DNA from: Escherichia phage vB_EcoM_R5505
Strand: one strand, 5' to 3'
Sequence record: MK373786.1
DNA: 64,000 bases
Shown here piece by piece: positions 42,872 through 52,395 of the stretch; positions within the stretch are counted from its first letter, which is position 1; every line of letters starts with the position of its first letter. The translations under genes and the position numbers were made by a program. The notes under the pieces were generated by a model. That model saw nothing but the letters and a program-made list of their open reading frames with translations, had not been told where the DNA came from and searched no databases.

Positions 42872-45136
42872 TCATAATTTACAGGATGAACAATCTTCAG
42901 CTTTTGGAGTTTCTATTTCATAATCATCAGTACCAGAACCATCACGGGTATTATGATAATAGAAATTTTTTCCGCCAAAATACCAGAAATACAAAAGGTC
43001 ATCAATCATTATTGACATTGGAACCTTGCCTTTAGGGAAGATTTGGGGGTCATAGTATGTATTCGCTGAAGCTGATTGACAAACCCATTTCAGCATAATA
43101 GCTACCTGCGTAAGATAAGGTTTATTACCTTTCTTAGCTAATTTCCATGTATAATCATAGAGGTCTATGTTATGCTCAATATTGGGCACGACTTGATTAA
43201 AGGAGCCCTCTTTTGATTCTTTAACAGAGACTGGTCCACGTGGAGGCTCGATACCGTTTGTACTGTTAGAAACTTGGGAAGATGACTCACATGGCATAAG
43301 TGCTGATAATGTGCTATTACGGATGCCAAAGAGCTTAAGGTCTTCCCGCAGCGACGACCAGTCACAAACGTATTTTGGAGCTGCGATTTGGTCAATCTTT
43401 TTATTGTACCAGTCGATAGGTAATTCGCCTCGAGACCAACGAGTGTCTGAATAATATTCGCAAGGTCCTTTTTCTTTGGCGAGCTTAATGGATGCTTTAA
43501 TGAGTCCATACTGTAATCTCTCAAATAGTTCATGTGTTAAATCGTTAGCATCTTCATAAGAAGCAAAGTTACTTGCCAGCCAAGCTGCATAGTTGGTAAC
43601 ACCTACACCGAGGTTACGACGCTTTTTAGCTTTTTCTGCTTCAGGAACTGGATATCCTTGATAATCCAAAAGATTATCAAGAGCACGAACTTGAACTTCT
43701 GCCAATTCATTAATTTTATCTTGGTCTTGCCAGTCAAAATTATCTAGTACGAATGCAGAGAGAGTACACAATCCAATTTCAGCATCAGGACTGTTCACAT
43801 CATTTGTTGGAATAGCAATTTCACAGCACAAGTTACTCTGACGAATAGGTGCCTTTTCACGAATAAACGGAGTATAGTTATTCGTATTATCAATGAACTG
43901 CACATAAATCCTTGCTGTTCCTGAACGTTCAGTCATGAGCAATTCAAATAGTTCACGAGCTTTAATACGCTTTTTGCGAATATTAGGGTCTTTTTCTGCT
44001 GCTTCGTATAATTCACGGAAACGGTCTTGGTCTTTAAAATAAGAATAATAAAGCTCGCCACCCATTTCATGCGGGCTGAACAAAGTAATGTAATCATTCT
44101 TTCCGAATCGTTCCATCATCAAATCATTCAGCTGAACACCATAATCCATATGACGAATGCGGTTTTCTTCTACGCCTTTGTTATTTTTCAAAACGAGAAG
44201 ATTTTCAACTTCCAAATGCCAAATAGGATAATAAGCAGTAGCAGCGCCGCCACGAATTCCACCCTGTGAACATGATTTAACAGCAGTCTGAAAATGTTTC
44301 CAAAAAGGAATAACACCGGTATGGCGTACTTCACCCATGCCAATCTTAGAACCTTCGGCACGAATCATACCAACGTTAATACCAATTCCAGCGCGTTTAG
44401 AGATATATTCAACAATTGAAGCAGAAGCCTTATTGATAGACTTCAGCGAATCACCTGCCTCAATAACAACACATGAACTAAACTGTCGAGTCGGAGTACG
44501 GCAACCAGCCATAATAGGAGTTGGCAATGAAATCTGTCGAGTAGATACTGCTTCATAAAAACGGATAACATGTTTTAGTCTATCAACAGGTTCATCTTGA
44601 TGCAATGCCATTCCAATAGCCATAAATGCAAACTGCGGAGTTTCATAAATTTGACCAGTGGTTTTATCTTTAACTAGATATTTTTCTTTTAATTGCATCG
44701 CCCCGGAATAAGTAAATTCCATATCCCGCTCGTGCTTAATTTTTGATTCTAAAAATGTAATTTCTTCTGCTGAATATTTTGACAATAATTCAGGGTCATA
44801 TTTACCTGCATTTACACAATAAGAAATATGGTCAATAAATGAACGTGGTTCATACTGCCCATAAACATGCTTACGAAGAGCAAACATTAAACAGCGTGCA
44901 GCTACATATTGATAATCAGGCTCTTCAACCGAAATAGAATTCGCAGCAGCCTTAATGACAATAGTCTGAATATCATCAGTTGTCATTCCATCACGGAGAT
45001 AAGATTTAATGTTTTCATATAATTCATAAGGATCTACTGATGTTCCTTCAGCTGCCCAAGATAAAACTTTAATAATTTTTTGCGGGTCAAAGCTCTGAGA
45101 AACACCACTACTTTTGATAACATTAATTAATTGCAT
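42872..45136 (-). CDS. nrdA: Ribonucleotide reductase large subunit
   Basis: 754 aa as T4 NrdA; only 51 bp separate it from nrdB. Confidence 0.95.
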   Translation of the reverse strand: MQLINVIKSSGVSQSFDPQKIIKVLSWAAEGTSVDPYELYENIKSYLRDGMTTDDIQTIVIKAAANSISVEEPDYQYVAARCLMFALRKHVYGQYEPRSFIDHISYCVNAGKYDPELLSKYSAEEITFLESKIKHERDMEFTYSGAMQLKEKYLVKDKTTGQIYETPQFAFMAIGMALHQDEPVDRLKHVIRFYEAVSTRQISLPTPIMAGCRTPTRQFSSCVVIEAGDSLKSINKASASIVEYISKRAGIGINVGMIRAEGSKIGMGEVRHTGVIPFWKHFQTAVKSCSQGGIRGGAATAYYPIWHLEVENLLVLKNNKGVEENRIRHMDYGVQLNDLMMERFGKNDYITLFSPHEMGGELYYSYFKDQDRFRELYEAAEKDPNIRKKRIKARELFELLMTERSGTARIYVQFIDNTNNYTPFIREKAPIRQSNLCCEIAIPTNDVNSPDAEIGLCTLSAFVLDNFDWQDQDKINELAEVQVRALDNLLDYQGYPVPEAEKAKKRRNLGVGVTNYAAWLASNFASYEDANDLTHELFERLQYGLIKASIKLAKEKGPCEYYSDTRWSRGELPIDWYNKKIDQIAAPKYVCDWSSLREDLKLFGIRNSTLSALMPCESSSQVSNSTNGIEPPRGPVSVKESKEGSFNQVVPNIEHNIDLYDYTWKLAKKGNKPYLTQVAIMLKWVCQSASANTYYDPQIFPKGKVPMSIMIDDLLYFWYFGGKNFYYHNTRDGSGTDDYEIETPKAEDCSSCKL

Positions 45137-45453
45137 AAGTCCTCAACTTGAAAATCGTCTTTAAACAATCGGTTAACTATATGAGCTATTATATCACCAT
45201 GACACGGCTTTGGTTTACATGTGCATCCTAGCCTCATTCCACGTAAAGGCTCTAAATGTGCTTTAGTTATTTCTCCGGATTTAATTCGACGTATAAAATC
45301 TTTTTTGAATAATTCAATGGCAGCCTCCCGGCTGCCAGCATCTTTACCGACGTAATTTCCCCAAAATGTACCGCGGTGAATATTAACATCAAAGTCGGAT
45401 TTGTATTTATTCACTACCCGGCATAGACGGCCCACGCTGGAATAATTCGTCAT
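45127..45453 (-). CDS. Hypothetical protein (nrdA.1 position)
   Basis: 108-aa ORF; CxC...C...H segment. Confidence 0.55.
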   Translation of the reverse strand: MTNYSSVGRLCRVVNKYKSDFDVNIHRGTFWGNYVGKDAGSREAAIELFKKDFIRRIKSGEITKAHLEPLRGMRLGCTCKPKPCHGDIIAHIVNRLFKDDFQVEDLCN

Positions 45454-45670
45454 ATTGTTTTTCCGTTAAAACAGTAATATCGTAGTAACAGTCAGAAGAA
45501 GTTTTAACTGTGGAAATTTTATTATCAAAATACTCACGAGTCATTTTATGAGTATAATATTTTTTACCATAAATGATAATAGGCTGTTCTGGTCCTGGAA
45601 CTTCTAACTCGCTTGGGTTAGGAAGTGTAAAAAGAACAACGCCAGAAGTATCTTTAAATCGTAAAATCAT
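45407..45670 (-). CDS. Hypothetical protein (nrdA.2 position)
   Basis: 87-aa ORF; ATGA overlap with the td stop. Confidence 0.55.
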   Translation of the reverse strand: MILRFKDTSGVVLFTLPNPSELEVPGPEQPIIIYGKKYYTHKMTREYFDNKISTVKTSSDCYYDITVLTEKQYDELFQRGPSMPGSE

Positions 45671-46527
45671 ATTGCCATTTTCCCTTTAATTGCTGGATGC
45701 GATTCATAATTTTCAAGGATAAAATCTTTCGGTTTCATGTATTCAGTTAACCAGTAAAGCTGTGTTTCGGTGTCACAATTTCCAAACTCTATAGGCCAAT
45801 CAATTTTAAGTTCACACAGTTCTTTAGGCTCACGACGTAAAATTTCTTTACATTGCTCAGTATGATTCATATAGATGTGAGTATTACCACCAGAAAATAT
45901 CAAATCTCCTGGGATAAGATTACACATCTTAGCCACAATATGCGTCAAGGCAGCGTACGAGGCAATGTTGAATGGCAAGCCCAAGAAAACATCTACACTT
46001 CTTTGGTACCATTGTAAATCAAGATAACCATTACGCACATTAAACTGATAGAACATATGACAGGGCGGTAATGCCATTTGATTGATTTCAGCTGGATTCC
46101 ATGCTGAAACGATTTGACGTCGATCAGTTGGTAATTTTTTAATACGATCAATAGTTTCAACTAATTGATCCACACCACCGAAATCACGCCATTGTTTACC
46201 GTATATAGGACCAAGTTCACCACTATGATATCCTAGGTCTTTAGCCTGGTTTTCATAGTTATCGTCCCAAATAGTTTTACCTTGAATAAGACTACCATGA
46301 GTGCGAAGACGTAAATCATTAACATTGGTAGAACCGGAAATAAACCATAGAAGCTCAGCAATGCATGCATTCCAGGCGAGCTTCTTAGTTGTTACTGCAG
46401 GAAAACCTTTAGTTAAATCCCAGCGTAATTTAGTACCGAACAAAGCAATTGTTCCTGTGCCTGTTCGGTCATCGGTTTCATAACCATTTTCAAAAATGTC
46501 TTTAATTAAATCTTGGTATTGTTTCAT
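45667..46527 (-). CDS. td: Thymidylate synthase (uninterrupted)
   Basis: 286 aa as T4 TS; active-site PPCH; single contiguous ORF. Confidence 0.95.
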   Translation of the reverse strand: MKQYQDLIKDIFENGYETDDRTGTGTIALFGTKLRWDLTKGFPAVTTKKLAWNACIAELLWFISGSTNVNDLRLRTHGSLIQGKTIWDDNYENQAKDLGYHSGELGPIYGKQWRDFGGVDQLVETIDRIKKLPTDRRQIVSAWNPAEINQMALPPCHMFYQFNVRNGYLDLQWYQRSVDVFLGLPFNIASYAALTHIVAKMCNLIPGDLIFSGGNTHIYMNHTEQCKEILRREPKELCELKIDWPIEFGNCDTETQLYWLTEYMKPKDFILENYESHPAIKGKMAI

Positions 46528-46571
46528 TTAGTACCTTATATAAATTATAATACATTTTATGAAGCTAATAA

Positions 46572-46931
46572 TTAATACGGTTTAGCATCAAATTTTCTCT
46601 CAATTTCAGGCGTGAAATATAATTCTTTACCGCGTTTGGAAAAGCGACCAATAATATGATAATTATTCTCATCAAACGTGATATTACCAATATCCATAGC
46701 TTTCAACCAAATATCGATATTTCTATCCAGCTTTATGTCAAAATTCCAATACGGAGAACTATTACCGAAAATACTGCAAGCGGATTCAGTGAAACAACTG
46801 CTATAAATCTTGTCTTTAGGAACTACTAATTGATAGACACCTTTAATAAACTGAGGACCCTGCCACTTTGGCTGTTTCGCGTCTTTTTCTAATAGAATAG
46901 GGTAATAATTAAAATTCATATTTTCCGCCAC
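46572..46931 (-). CDS. Hypothetical protein inserted between frd and td
   Basis: 119-aa ORF with no recognisable motif, in an interval where T4 frd and td are remembered as overlapping. Confidence 0.6.
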   Translation of the reverse strand: MAENMNFNYYPILLEKDAKQPKWQGPQFIKGVYQLVVPKDKIYSSCFTESACSIFGNSSPYWNFDIKLDRNIDIWLKAMDIGNITFDENNYHIIGRFSKRGKELYFTPEIERKFDAKPY

Positions 46932-46939
46932 GCGTTATT

Positions 46940-47760
<821 letters not shown>

Positions 47761-47769
47761 TATATTTCC

Positions 47770-48012
47770 TCAAATAGACTTTTTCACAATTTTCCAATCG
47801 GCTTTAAACTGCTCGACGTCAGAATGGTAAATCCAGAATCCTGCGCTTTCTCCGTCTTCATAAAGAGGACATCCATCACATTCATCTTCCCACCCCATAT
47901 CACGTAAAAGGTGTTCAGCTTTTTCAACAAGCTCAGAATCTTTACCGATGATATTAAAATACCATTTACCTCTAACTTCTGAATCTTTAATGCTCTGACG
48001 TTGTAATCTCAT
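47770..48012 (-). CDS. Hypothetical protein
   Basis: ORF 47770..48105; ATG at 48012 (MRLQRQSIKD...) follows a strong GAGGAG RBS; the upstream part of the ORF covers a promoter element. Confidence 0.55.
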   Translation of the reverse strand: MRLQRQSIKDSEVRGKWYFNIIGKDSELVEKAEHLLRDMGWEDECDGCPLYEDGESAGFWIYHSDVEQFKADWKIVKKSI

Positions 48013-48035
48013 TTTATTCTCCTCATGTAGTTGAT

Positions 48036-48071
48036 AGGGTAATAGTATCACACTACTACCCTGTTGTAAAC
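48036..48071 (-). promoter_or_regulatory. Early promoter with -10 inside a stem-loop
   Basis: 6-bp inverted repeat agggta/taccct around the minus-strand TACTAT; GTTTAC at 48066-48071. Confidence 0.5.
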
Positions 48072-48079
48072 AATTATTT

Positions 48080-48334
48080 TTAAATTTTATCGAGCCACTT
48101 ACCAAGCTTAATCATTTCTTTAGTAGCCTTTTCCATACTTCTGAACTTAACCAATAGAGGATAGGTATCGACACCCATAACTAAACTGGTTACAAGACTG
48201 TGTTCACCCACAAGCCATAACGAATACGTTTGAATATCGAGCCCGTAATTTCTGTCTTTATGGACCCGTACACCCATCACTTCAAATTTCTCACTAGCTT
48301 TTTCTACCGCATCCAGGAAATCATCTTTAGTCAT
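48080..48334 (-). CDS. Hypothetical protein
   Basis: ORF 48080..48376; ATG at 48334 (MTKDDF...) avoids overlap with the upstream ORF and follows AAGG. Confidence 0.5.
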   Translation of the reverse strand: MTKDDFLDAVEKASEKFEVMGVRVHKDRNYGLDIQTYSLWLVGEHSLVTSLVMGVDTYPLLVKFRSMEKATKEMIKLGKWLDKI

Positions 48335-48335
48335 A

Positions 48336-48701
48336 TTAGGCCTTAAAAGTTTTTCGCAAAAGTTCAATGATTTCATCTACATTGTTTTCGTCAACAATGC
48401 AGTGAATTTTTGTTACGCCATAAACCTCGTCTTTGACTTCATCTTCTTCAGAAGTCGGTTCTTTATACTCACGAAAACAATGAAATTCGTCTTCACAAAC
48501 GTTAAAGTAAAAATGCTTTCCATTTGCGCATTCAATGTGTTTTATTACTCTAAATCCATCAACAAAGAAAGCTTCTTTAACTTCAAACCATCCTCCATTT
48601 TCTTGAATAATTTTAACTATTGATGAATTAGAACGTGGGCGATAATTAATAAATGTATCAATAAGTCTTGGAACAAGTTCATACTTTTTGCCGATATACA
48701 T
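48336..48701 (-). CDS. Hypothetical protein
   Basis: 121-aa ORF; several Cys/His (C..H...C..C). Confidence 0.55.
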   Translation of the reverse strand: MYIGKKYELVPRLIDTFINYRPRSNSSIVKIIQENGGWFEVKEAFFVDGFRVIKHIECANGKHFYFNVCEDEFHCFREYKEPTSEEDEVKDEVYGVTKIHCIVDENNVDEIIELLRKTFKA

Positions 48702-48745
48702 TACGTTTTCCTCATTTTAACGGGGCTGTAATAGCCCCTTGATAA

Positions 48746-48976
48746 TTATTGTTCAATCAATCCCATGTAAAATTCTGCGTCTTCAGAATCCATGCCATCA
48801 CAGTATTCATTAGCCATAAAGCGGGTGAGGTCTTCAAGAGGACCTTCAATGACAATAGAAAAATTGCAATAATTGGGATCATCATGAATACTTGTGATAC
48901 TAAGTTCAGGATAACGATTACGAATAATTTCTTCGATATATTCAAAATCAACGATGTCAATATCAACTTTAGCCAT
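48746..48976 (-). CDS. Hypothetical acidic protein
   Basis: ORF 48746..48997; ATG at 48976 preceded by GAGGAAAA RBS. Confidence 0.55.
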   Translation of the reverse strand: MAKVDIDIVDFEYIEEIIRNRYPELSITSIHDDPNYCNFSIVIEGPLEDLTRFMANEYCDGMDSEDAEFYMGLIEQ

Positions 48977-49080
48977 ATTATTTTCCTCTTTAATCATCAG
49001 CAGTATTGCCGATAGTTGTATAGTACCACAGTATGCTTTGGTTGTAAACCGTTTTGTGAAAAAATTTTTAAAATAAAAAA

Positions 49081-49099
49081 GGGGACCTCTAGGGTCCCC
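49081..49099 (-). terminator. Hairpin terminator downstream of gene 32
   Basis: ggggacc-tctag-ggtcccc preceded on plus by an A-run (U-run on the minus RNA). Confidence 0.65.
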
Positions 49100-49121
49100 G
49101 ATTAATTAGTAATATAATCTA

Positions 49122-50030
49122 TTAAAGGTCATTCAAAAGGTCATCCAGGTCCGTGTCATCAGCACTAGATGAACTGCCAGAGCTTGAGCTCATAAAATCA
49201 TCTTCAGTTTTTGTATTGAAGTCATCAACATTGAATGCATCCAAATCATCAGCAACTTTATCAGCTTTCTTAGCAGCAGTCGCTGCGGCACCGCCCATCA
49301 CAGCAGTTCCCATAACTTGACCGAATTTAGTATTCAGTTCTTCAAATGATTTGAATTTATCTTTAGAAGTCATTTCAGAAAGGTCAACCATTTGTTCGAA
49401 CAGTTCTTTCTGGAAAGATTCATCATCAATGTTTGGAATCGCAGATTGATTCAGGAATTTAGATTCGTCGTAGTTACTAAATCCAGAAACTTGTTTAACT
49501 TTCAGTACAAAGTTAGCACCTTCCCACGGACAAGTTACATCAACTGGAGTTTCACCCATTTCAACATCAACCGCAATCATTGCATTGATTTTATCCCAGA
49601 TTTTCTTACCGAAACGGTATTTAAATACTTTACCTTCGTTTTCTGGAGCAGCTGGGTCTTTTACTACAAGAATGTTAGCCCAGTAAGAAGTTTTACGTTT
49701 AACAAGACTGTACTCTTTATTGTCAGTGTTGTACAGATCATTTTTACTAATGTATTGACATACTGGGCAAGAATCGTAATCACCGTGGGTAGATGAACAG
49801 TTTTCAATATACCATTTACCATTTTTCTTGAAACCATGATTTACAAGAATTGCGAATGGTGCTTGTTCATCATTTTTAGACGGAAGAAAACGAATTACTG
49901 CTTGACCGTTACCCGCATTGTCGAGTTTCAGTTTCCACTCGCCTTTATCTTCAGAAGAAAAACCACTTTTATTTCCAGCCAGTTTAGCCATTTGTGCAGC
50001 GAGTTCAGCAGTAGATTTACGTTTAAACAT
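49122..50030 (-). CDS. 32: Single-stranded DNA-binding protein
   Basis: 302 aa; near-identical to remembered T4 gp32 incl. zinc ligands (H...C...C..C) and acidic C-terminal tail. Confidence 0.95.
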   Translation of the reverse strand: MFKRKSTAELAAQMAKLAGNKSGFSSEDKGEWKLKLDNAGNGQAVIRFLPSKNDEQAPFAILVNHGFKKNGKWYIENCSSTHGDYDSCPVCQYISKNDLYNTDNKEYSLVKRKTSYWANILVVKDPAAPENEGKVFKYRFGKKIWDKINAMIAVDVEMGETPVDVTCPWEGANFVLKVKQVSGFSNYDESKFLNQSAIPNIDDESFQKELFEQMVDLSEMTSKDKFKSFEELNTKFGQVMGTAVMGGAAATAAKKADKVADDLDAFNVDDFNTKTEDDFMSSSSGSSSSADDTDLDDLLNDL

Positions 50031-50097
50031 TTTTATTTCCTTTTTAATTTAATTAACAGTTGGTGCTATGACGATGTATGACCTCATAGCTGGTCAG
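50031..50097 (-). promoter_or_regulatory. Gene 32 autoregulatory translational operator (pseudoknot plus unstructured A/U-rich tract)
   Basis: Minus strand reads GACCAGCTATGAGGTCATACATCGTCATAGC (interleaved GACC/GGTC and CTATGA/TCATAG stems) then UUAAUUAAAUUAAAAAGGAAAUAAAA-AUG. Confidence 0.65.
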
Positions 50098-50104
50098 TGA
50101 GATA

Positions 50105-50128
50105 ATTATAATCTATTTATAATAAGCA
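50105..50128 (-). promoter_or_regulatory. MotA-dependent middle promoter (gene 32)
   Basis: Minus strand reads TGCTTA-(12 nt)-TATAAT, overlapping the late octamer. Confidence 0.55.
50114..50121 (-). promoter_or_regulatory. Late promoter TATAAATA (gene 32)
   Basis: Plus TATTTATA in the 59-32 intergenic region. Confidence 0.6.
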
Positions 50129-50129
50129 A

Positions 50130-50783
50130 TTAATACTTACAAGATTTCACAGTTTCAATGAAAACATTTTTAGCTTTCTGTGAATCAATATTTAAAATTT
50201 TTCTATAAGCCTTTAACTTTATAGAATAATTATTCCAGACTAAATTATCAGTCTGTTCATCATGTTTATCAATTATATTTAAAAATGAATCAAGCAAGAT
50301 AAACGTTTCAAACGAAATTATGTTCGACTGAAGCAGTTTAAAAATATAGCTTGATTGAACTTTTGGATTATATTCAAAGATTTCTTTAAAAGCAGAAACT
50401 TCAACTTTTTTACTAAAATAATAAATGTTGCGAATATCTTCTTCAAACTTAAATTTAATTTGCTTTAAGCGTCCGATATATTCACGATAAAACACAAGTG
50501 CATCAGCGTCAGAGATGTCGCCAATCCAAGCATCTTGGTTAGCAACCAAATTACTTATAAAGATTAAAGCAAGTTCCTTTAATTTATATTTTTCTGATAA
50601 CTTCTGGAAAAAATACTTATCCCTTCGCTTTTGATAAGCGGCATCAGACACCCGCATGCACCAATTATACTTAATAACATCATACTTTCCATTCATATGT
50701 TGTTTTATCATTAAGTATAATTTATAAACTGATTTACCATCAATGTATCTTTCACCACCAGCAGGCATGCGGAGTTTAATCAT
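50130..50783 (-). CDS. 59: Helicase loading protein
   Basis: 217 aa as T4 gp59. Confidence 0.9.
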   Translation of the reverse strand: MIKLRMPAGGERYIDGKSVYKLYLMIKQHMNGKYDVIKYNWCMRVSDAAYQKRRDKYFFQKLSEKYKLKELALIFISNLVANQDAWIGDISDADALVFYREYIGRLKQIKFKFEEDIRNIYYFSKKVEVSAFKEIFEYNPKVQSSYIFKLLQSNIISFETFILLDSFLNIIDKHDEQTDNLVWNNYSIKLKAYRKILNIDSQKAKNVFIETVKSCKY

Positions 50784-51118
50784 AGTAGAAAATCTAATGT
50801 ATTAGTTTTTTCACAACGAACAACAGAAGGACGTAAAAGATTTTCATCAATAGCTTCTGACTGAATTTTTTCAATTATACCCGAAGGAATAAATTTAGCA
50901 AATTGAGTTTCAGGAATAGAGTTTTCTTCCAAGAATGCTGTCGTAGCTTCAAGATAACTCATTCCAAACTCTTCTACCATTTTTTCAATAATAAATCCAT
51001 TTTCTTGACGATCAAGAAGCTTTGCTATTTCATCCTTTTCTTTCTTAATTGAAAGTTCTTTTTCTGAAAGACCGGTCTCATCGACCGGACGAATATCATT
51101 TAGAGAAAACTGTGTCAT
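50780..51118 (-). CDS. 33: Late promoter transcription accessory protein
   Basis: ORF 50780..51127; start at MTQFSL gives 112 aa as T4 gp33. Confidence 0.82.
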   Translation of the reverse strand: MTQFSLNDIRPVDETGLSEKELSIKKEKDEIAKLLDRQENGFIIEKMVEEFGMSYLEATTAFLEENSIPETQFAKFIPSGIIEKIQSEAIDENLLRPSVVRCEKTNTLDFLL

Positions 51119-51365
51119 AAAGTTCAACTACCTCTTCAGTTTCAGCTTCAAACACATCACGGTTATCTTTATGATACAAAGCTAATAGACGATTAAACAT
51201 CTTACCATCAACGCCAAGTTCATCTTTGGCACGAATTCGAATATCTTTAATCAATTCATTATAACCGGAAATTTTCAGTTTATGATCAGATGCTTCTTTA
51301 ATAAATTTAGCCAAGTCTTCGCCATGGATAGCTTCATCAAATTCAACCATTTCTTTTTTAGCCAT
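51096..51365 (-). CDS. dsbA: Double-stranded DNA-binding protein
   Basis: 89 aa as T4 DsbA, expected position. Confidence 0.78.
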   Translation of the reverse strand: MAKKEMVEFDEAIHGEDLAKFIKEASDHKLKISGYNELIKDIRIRAKDELGVDGKMFNRLLALYHKDNRDVFEAETEEVVELYDTVFSK

Positions 51366-51373
51366 TATTCACC

Positions 51374-52291
51374 TCAAAATTCATTAATGCTATTAGTTAA
51401 TTTAGAAAGACCCGCTTTTACAAAATATGAATAAATTTTGCCACGCGGTGGTAATTTATATGAATTATAGTAATTCACAATGTTTGAAGCAATATTATCA
51501 GGAATATAATCAAAATCAATTAGAACTAAATTTTCTTTATAACGATTATATTCAGATTCTGTGAGAAGCACCTTAGCTTGCTCACGGTCATTAGCAATAG
51601 CTTCAACGATTGAAGTTTTCATTGAAGGAGTTCGTTCACCTTCAACTCTGGTAAACCAAAAGTCAGAACGTACTTTAACTGAAGCAACGTTATCCTTTTT
51701 GTCACCCTTAAGAATTTTAGTCATACAATCAATTTCAGCAGAACCGCTTTTAATTTTAACCCATTTCTTGTGCATCGGTGACCATTGCTTAACATTTGGA
51801 TATTTGTGAAGCTGAGTAAAGTCACCATCAGATGAAATGATTAAAATCTTATGCCCTTCTAAAGAGAACTTTTTAACAAGAACAGCAATGTGGTCATCTG
51901 CTTCATACTTATCAATATCCATAACAATGTATGGCATATAAGCTTTCAATTCATCTATAACTTTATGGCTGGATTCAAAATAACCTTCCCAGTCCCAAGT
52001 AGATTCTTCTCGTGCTTTTCCACGGTTTTTCTTGTAATAATACGCGAAATCACGACGCCAGTATCCAGATTTCGCGTTATCAATACACAGTACAATTTTA
52101 GTGTATCCAAGCGTTTTTGCTTTTTTGACATTAAACTTAATTGAGTTCAATATCAAATGACGAACCATTGATAAATTAATTTTTTCTTTATCTGGGAAGT
52201 TTACTAAAGCAGTTGAAAGCGCAATTTGACTAAAGTCAATTAAGCAAATTCCTTCTTTGTAATCTTCATCCAGCATCATTTCTAAATCCAT
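51374..52291 (-). CDS. rnh: RNase H (5'-3' exonuclease, FEN family)
   Basis: ORF 51374..52306; start at MDLEMML gives 305 aa as T4 RNase H. Confidence 0.9.
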   Translation of the reverse strand: MDLEMMLDEDYKEGICLIDFSQIALSTALVNFPDKEKINLSMVRHLILNSIKFNVKKAKTLGYTKIVLCIDNAKSGYWRRDFAYYYKKNRGKAREESTWDWEGYFESSHKVIDELKAYMPYIVMDIDKYEADDHIAVLVKKFSLEGHKILIISSDGDFTQLHKYPNVKQWSPMHKKWVKIKSGSAEIDCMTKILKGDKKDNVASVKVRSDFWFTRVEGERTPSMKTSIVEAIANDREQAKVLLTESEYNRYKENLVLIDFDYIPDNIASNIVNYYNSYKLPPRGKIYSYFVKAGLSKLTNSINEF

Positions 52292-52353
52292 ATGAACCTC
52301 GTTCAATTAGTGAGATTTCTATTATATACCATCCAAATCTTAAAGTAAACAAG

Positions 52354-52361
52354 TATAAATA
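52354..52361 (+). promoter_or_regulatory. Late promoter TATAAATA (gene 34)
   Basis: Exact octamer about 35 nt upstream of the gene 34 ATG. Confidence 0.75.
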
Positions 52362-52395
52362 CTTATTATTGAAAACACAATAGGAGCCCGGGAGA

